Assembly: GCA_047947115.1 (NCBI GenBank)
Contig: CP170459.1
Location: forward strand, 384,001-448,000
Length of the DNA: 64,000 nt
Reading direction: 5' to 3'
Source of the DNA: Verrucomicrobiota bacterium
Lineage (GTDB): Bacteria; Verrucomicrobiota; Verrucomicrobiia; Limisphaerales; AAA164-E04
In this document: piece by piece, positions 59,101 to 64,000 of the stretch
Layout of the letters: every line of letters begins with the position of its first letter
How positions within the stretch are numbered: the stretch's first letter is position 1
Notes under the pieces: model-generated
What the model saw: the letters and a program-made list of their open reading frames with translations, nothing else
What the model was told of the DNA's origin: nothing
Database searches by the model: none
Position numbers and translations under genes: made by a program

Positions 59101-61303
59101 GAGTAGTGGGGAGAAAGGGCATCCATTTGGAGCAAGGCTGCTGGAAGTCGGTAAATTCCAGTCAAACGAAGGCTGGTGGGGACTGTTCCTGAATCAGGAT
59201 CGCACCGAAATCACGTTTGCATCTCAAGGTCCCGACACGAACCTGATGACCACTTATTTAAAAACCTCCAAACTGGATTTCCGCAAGGATCAATGGTATG
59301 AGATCGAACTAAACTACGGCCCTAAAACGGTCCATGCCTACGGAGTACGCTCTCCGCAGAATGCCCAGTTCTTTGCAAATTCCTTCCTTTACATAAACGG
59401 TGTTCAAAAAGGAAACGGCGGGGGTGTGGACCCGTCGGCTCTTCCCTTGCCCGAAGCCATGTCAAAAGGATTCGCCATTGGGAGCCAACTGAACGGTGAC
59501 TTGAACGCGGACGCGCTGTTTGAAGACCTGCACTGTTACAATTTCCCGCAAAACATCTGGAACGGCAACATTCTCAAGGACCGTTCCTGGACCGTGGAGC
59601 ATTCGACATCCCCACCTCAGATAGTGCTCAAGCGCCGGCTGCGGCTGTCACCTGAAGGACTGCTACCAGTCTTCGTTGAAAAAAGAAACTTCGGTGAAAG
59701 CGAATGGACCATTATAGAAGAGGACTTTCGCCGGGATTCCTGGACGGACCATGATGTAAGGCCCGGAGGCATCTATGAATACCGGTTGCGGGATGCAGGA
59801 CCATCCTTTTCGGACACACAACGTGTCACCCTTACCGTAGCGATGAATCTTCCGCCCATGCATTTTCGGGGCAATGTCATCCTCATTACGGAAACCGGCC
59901 TCCCCCAGGCTCTAGGCAGTGACTATGACACCTTCCGGTCTGACCTGATCGGTGATGGGTGGAATCTGATCGATCTGCCCGCCAACCGCCACGACGAAAC
60001 CGATTGGCCCAGAAATGCGGCCGAAATCAAACGTATCCGAACGCAAATAGATTCCATCGTGCAATCCTGGCCAGAAGGCTACCCCCACATCATTTATATT
60101 CTGGGTCATGCCCCCATTCCTCGTTCGGGGCAATCGGCTTTTGATGGACACGTGGGAATTCCGGGCACCTCTTCCGATCACCGTGGAGCATGGACGGCAG
60201 ACAGTTTTTATGGAAGTTTGGACGACAGTTTATGGAGCGACACCGAAACCAAGCACCACTTCTCAAACCGCAATCTTGAAAACCTTCCTGGTGATGAAAA
60301 GTGGGACAACGATTTCCTCCCAAGAACGCTTGAAATCCCCGTGGGACGTATCGATTTTTCCGGACTCTATTCCTTCGGGCTCGCTGATTTCCTGGAACTG
60401 AAGGACAGTCATCCCTGGACCTTGGAAGTAGCCCTCACGCAACAATACATTCGCAAAAACCACCGATACCGCCATGGGCAGACTTCGGCCAAAGAACGTG
60501 TGAGTTATTTCAACGGGCTAGGATTCATACCAACCAAAAACGGCGAACATCAAGCCGTCAACCTCGCTGCTTCGTTGTACGGATTGAAGGAAGGACATGC
60601 CATCGCATCCAGACCTCTTTACGAAAATACGCCGGTTACCTTTGGTTACCACGAGATGAATGGTTCCCCTGTCGGTATTCAGCTCGGCTGGGAAGTCAAC
60701 CGCTCGGTCAATTCCTACAGCCATTTCACGTGGGATCTGGTTCGCCGGGAAAACGAGCCACCGGTCCTCTTTTATCTGATGTATGGCTCGTGGTTCGGGG
60801 ACTGGAATCACACCAATGAAAACTGGTTAAGGGCTGTATTGGCGACACCCAATTATGGACTTGTTTCCCTCTATTACCCCAGATTCTGGAAGTTGCAGAA
60901 AATGGCCCTGGGCACACCCATTGCCGTGGGGATCCCTGAGATGGGCGACTCCAGCGACCTCTACCGAGTCGCTCCCCGCATGCTCAGCATACTGGGAGAC
61001 CCCACACTCAGATTGCATGTATTGGCTCCCCCCGGACCTGTAACGGGACGCTTGGAAAACAACATGATCAGCCTGGAATGGGAACCTTCCCCGGCTGAGG
61101 GGTGTCGATATCATGTCTATCGCAGGCATCCTGCCGCAGGTTGGGAATTAATGAATCCAACGCCAAGCGATGCCACGACTTATGTGGATACGAATCCTGA
61201 TTTTTCAGATCCGACCTACATGGTTCGCGCCATCCGCCTGCAGGAAAGCGGGAGCGGCAGCTACAACAATCTCAGCCAGGGAATCTATGTGAAGGTCAAA
61301 TGA
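56109..61303 (+). pseudogene. Large secreted protein, frameshifted: 4x (TSP3-like Ca-binding + LamG-like) modules plus a C25-peptidase-like domain and FN3
   Basis: Repeated DxDxDG pairs and G[SAT]xRFWxxPxW...LLE...GWW motifs run across ORFs 56109-57686 and 57506-61303. One missing base near 57379-57381 joins AVSIGS to PYPSVLSYAF. Confidence 0.8.
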
Positions 61304-61307
61304 AACC

Positions 61308-63620
61308 TCACAACCCAAGACCGGCCACTTCATTTCGATCATCCCGGCATTCCTTGATCAGTTTCTGATAGGTCTGACGTGCATGATCGTAAGCGCTCAA
61401 GGCATCCTGCATTTCTTCTTTGGCAATAAACCGCTCCTTGTTCTTCCAGCATTGCTCAACGCTGGCCAGGCACCATTCGGCACTTCGCCGACTGGCACGG
61501 ATCGGTTGGTCGCCCACTTTCACAAACACCGGGTTGGTGTGTGAACTGGGAAGGATGCGTACCGCCACCCAACTGCTGATCTGAATCGGGATCTTGAATT
61601 CAAGATCCTGGACTTTGCCATCCGCAACGACATCCTGGCGGGCGACGGGATATCCGTTCACAATCAACTCCACCGGAACCCTGCGTGTGTCTCCAATACG
61701 TGCGCGCTCGATATGCCAATAGGGTTTCTGTTGGTAAGGCCGATCTCTCAGCCCAGGATGAACCTCATCATCCAAACGGGCGGCGACCCGCACATTGACC
61801 GACACTTCCTTGCCTGTTTCCAGGGATAACTCGCTTCCCATCTCTCCCATACTACGGTTTTCCACTCGAAAATCCATGAGGTGACTGCGGCCATCGCTCA
61901 CATAGTTTTTGCCATCACGAATACCTTCGCACCACGCTTCGTAGTTCAACTGTGATCCAAGTTTGACATAACTGCGCCCCAAACCAACGCGTTCTCCATA
62001 GATGCATGGAAAGTCGGTTTCACCACTGATGCGAGTCCGGTAACCGACGTTCAACGTGTGATACCAGATATTCAGTTCCCATGCATAAGGCGTATCAACG
62101 GTTGAAATGAAATCAACCGCAGGCACCAAACGACCATCGGGACCAGGGACCTGATGCGTCACGTCCACGATGTATTCATTTGCCCCAATACCGTTGAACG
62201 GCGGGATCTGATAATTGGGCAACTGACCGGTCGGCAATTCCAATCCCCATCCCGAATGCGCCGGGCCAACCAATGCACCTTGCGCTTTCGCCCATCGCAG
62301 CGTGTTCAAGCATAAGGTCGGCCAGTGATGCTTGGAATCACCCCCGGGATAAATCTGCTCCTTCAAACGAAGCAGACACAGGTGACCGGATTGATGAGAA
62401 CCAAAACCCGAAACTTCGACATCATAACGCAACAGATAAGGGTAAGCGGAAACCTTGTCGTCTTTTCCGGTGAAGAACTGTTTTTGATAATCAAAACACG
62501 GTCCCCAGGTCAGATTGGCCCCTACCTTCAAATCCTCACCCAAAATGTGCCGTAACATGTCCGGGGCATGCACCCCCTGCGTCGGATCGGTGTAATGAGC
62601 ACAACCGGCGGCATGAATATGATGATCACCACTCCAATAACCAAACAGGGAAGGATCAATCCAACGTTTGACTGAAAAATGCAGATCCCGGGTATGCTCG
62701 TTGATTTCGATCTCTCTCGTAAAAGGAATCGATTCGGGACCACGGGCAAATTTCACGGTGTAAGTTCCCTCCGGCAGACTCAATGTCTCACCGTCCCCAC
62801 GATATACCTGCGGGTGAAAAGCGAAGTCAGGAGCCAATCGCTTGGCCTGGGAAGGATAGACACGTCCAAAGCGATCACGGATCTCAAACATCCCGGTGGT
62901 GGGTTTGCCTTCTTCATCTTTAACACTTAATACGATCTCCCTGGCAGGACGGCATTGAAACAGCACATCCACCTCATTGCGAAATCCGATATCCTGTGTC
63001 CCCTGCCCGACGTTGAATCCCATACGCGCTTCGCGTTTTCCTGCATCTCGGCTGTACATTTGAATGATGCGATACTCCAATTCCAATCCGGATAATGTCT
63101 TGGTTAAAGGTTGCGCGTCGTATGTTTGGATCTCCAACCATCGATCAGCAATGGTGTCTGCCGGAGCATTGTGCAACTGACCGGTATTGGGACTGGAGGC
63201 TTGAAGAGCGGCGGTCACTCCCGCCATGTTGTTGACCTTCACCAAGAACTGGGCCCACCCGTTCTGCACCAGACTGGGCTCGGCTTCACCACGAGCCACT
63301 TTGACGCGCATTTCGGGATTGATGTTGACCACATAGAGACAGCGTTGATCCAACACCTCCTGAAGTTGCCGGGAGCCCGCTTCCGGATCCGTGGCTTTCA
63401 TGGCGGCTTCGATCCGTTCCTTCTCGGCAGCACTGAACGGAAAACCGAGGTAATCCGTCGCCTCCATCAACCTGCGCACCTGAGCCCTGAGCGGCTGCCA
63501 CTCCACCCCGGTGACAAGAGGTGTTTCCGCGGCATGCAATGAAGCGGGTTCTAACCATAGAGCAAACAAAAGCATCAACGGAGGGATGCCACCAAAGAAA
63601 TGAGTGTATTTTTTGGACAT
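61308..63620 (-). CDS. CehA/McbA-family (PHP-like) metallohydrolase, exported
   Basis: Signal peptide LHA-A; WSGDHHIHAAGC, GHLCLL, PAHSG, ISGETDF, SSHTNPVFV. Confidence 0.75.
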   Translation of the reverse strand: MSKKYTHFFGGIPPLMLLFALWLEPASLHAAETPLVTGVEWQPLRAQVRRLMEATDYLGFPFSAAEKERIEAAMKATDPEAGSRQLQEVLDQRCLYVVNINPEMRVKVARGEAEPSLVQNGWAQFLVKVNNMAGVTAALQASSPNTGQLHNAPADTIADRWLEIQTYDAQPLTKTLSGLELEYRIIQMYSRDAGKREARMGFNVGQGTQDIGFRNEVDVLFQCRPAREIVLSVKDEEGKPTTGMFEIRDRFGRVYPSQAKRLAPDFAFHPQVYRGDGETLSLPEGTYTVKFARGPESIPFTREIEINEHTRDLHFSVKRWIDPSLFGYWSGDHHIHAAGCAHYTDPTQGVHAPDMLRHILGEDLKVGANLTWGPCFDYQKQFFTGKDDKVSAYPYLLRYDVEVSGFGSHQSGHLCLLRLKEQIYPGGDSKHHWPTLCLNTLRWAKAQGALVGPAHSGWGLELPTGQLPNYQIPPFNGIGANEYIVDVTHQVPGPDGRLVPAVDFISTVDTPYAWELNIWYHTLNVGYRTRISGETDFPCIYGERVGLGRSYVKLGSQLNYEAWCEGIRDGKNYVSDGRSHLMDFRVENRSMGEMGSELSLETGKEVSVNVRVAARLDDEVHPGLRDRPYQQKPYWHIERARIGDTRRVPVELIVNGYPVARQDVVADGKVQDLEFKIPIQISSWVAVRILPSSHTNPVFVKVGDQPIRASRRSAEWCLASVEQCWKNKERFIAKEEMQDALSAYDHARQTYQKLIKECRDDRNEVAGLGL

Positions 63621-63689
63621 AACAATTCAAACAGGGTTCAGGCGCGAGTCTATCACGGATCACAAACTTGTCATGAGTTTTTTACCGGA

Positions 63690-64000
63690 TCATAAACGGG
63701 CGGGATTGAAGGGGGTCGAAGGAGTCCTATTGCTTGCCTTGCGCTGCATCCTTTGACGGAGCTTGCTGATCCATTCCTGAAGCTTGGGCGAAGGATCCAG
63801 GGCCAGATTGTCAAACTCACCCGGATCCGTGTGGTAATCATACAATTCAGCACCATATTTCCCACTTTCACCCCACTCGGTATAACGCCACCTTTCGGTG
63901 CGAATACTCACCCCCATGACAGCCTCACTCAATCGGTCATCAGCAGGTCTCAACACCTGCGTCACGGCATCGCCGTCCCACTCGCGCAACGGATTCTCCA
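63690..64000 (-). CDS. Sulfatase, C-terminal part (gene starts beyond the window)
   Basis: [14 protein letters not shown]...[16 protein letters not shown]; frame open to the window edge. Confidence 0.8.
   Translation of the reverse strand, partial: ENPLREWDGDAVTQVLRPADDRLSEAVMGVSIRTERWRYTEWGESGKYGAELYDYHTDPGEFDNLALDPSPKLQEWISKLRQRMQRKASNRTPSTPFNPARL

Noticed and set aside
1..64000. CRISPR arrays, tRNA/rRNA genes, prophage genes
   Set aside because: No regularly spaced direct repeats, cloverleaf/rRNA signatures or phage hallmark proteins were seen by eye; a covariance-model scan was not possible.

Overview
A gene-dense 64-kb bacterial region, most likely from Verrucomicrobiota subdivision 3 (Pedosphaerales/Limisphaerales-like). 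This is inferred from a PEP-CTERM protein, a prepilin H-X9-DG protein, DUF2851, an ECF/Ser-Thr kinase pair and large secreted proteins ending in an F[FY]R motif. The main feature is a type-I-secretion-like operon with no ABC transporter (minus strand, 19.6-28.2 kb): TolC, a membrane fusion protein (MFP), a GAF-MFP fusion, an M50 peptidase-MFP fusion and a C-terminally truncated SecA ATPase. It is followed by the C-terminal remnant of a giant RTX/Ca-binding protein, the likely cargo, cut off at a degenerate ISNCY element. An IS hotspot (8.5-19.4 kb) also holds an intact IS4 (18-bp IRs, 10-bp target duplication, inserted in a hairpin) and an IS1182/IS5-like element that splits a kinase-associated ECF sigma factor. 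Other content: a RAYT/Y1 HUH transposase, an LTD-CotH kinase, a possible metal-related locus (prepilin, YtkA-like, di-heme peroxidase), a probably highly expressed surface-protein/PEP-CTERM pair, pyrD, MscS, HtrA, O-antigen ligase/Wzy-like genes and a frameshifted LamG/TSP3 protein with a C25-like domain. Several genes carry single-base lesions. No rRNA, tRNA or CRISPR array was seen. All family calls come from motif recognition by eye, not database searches.
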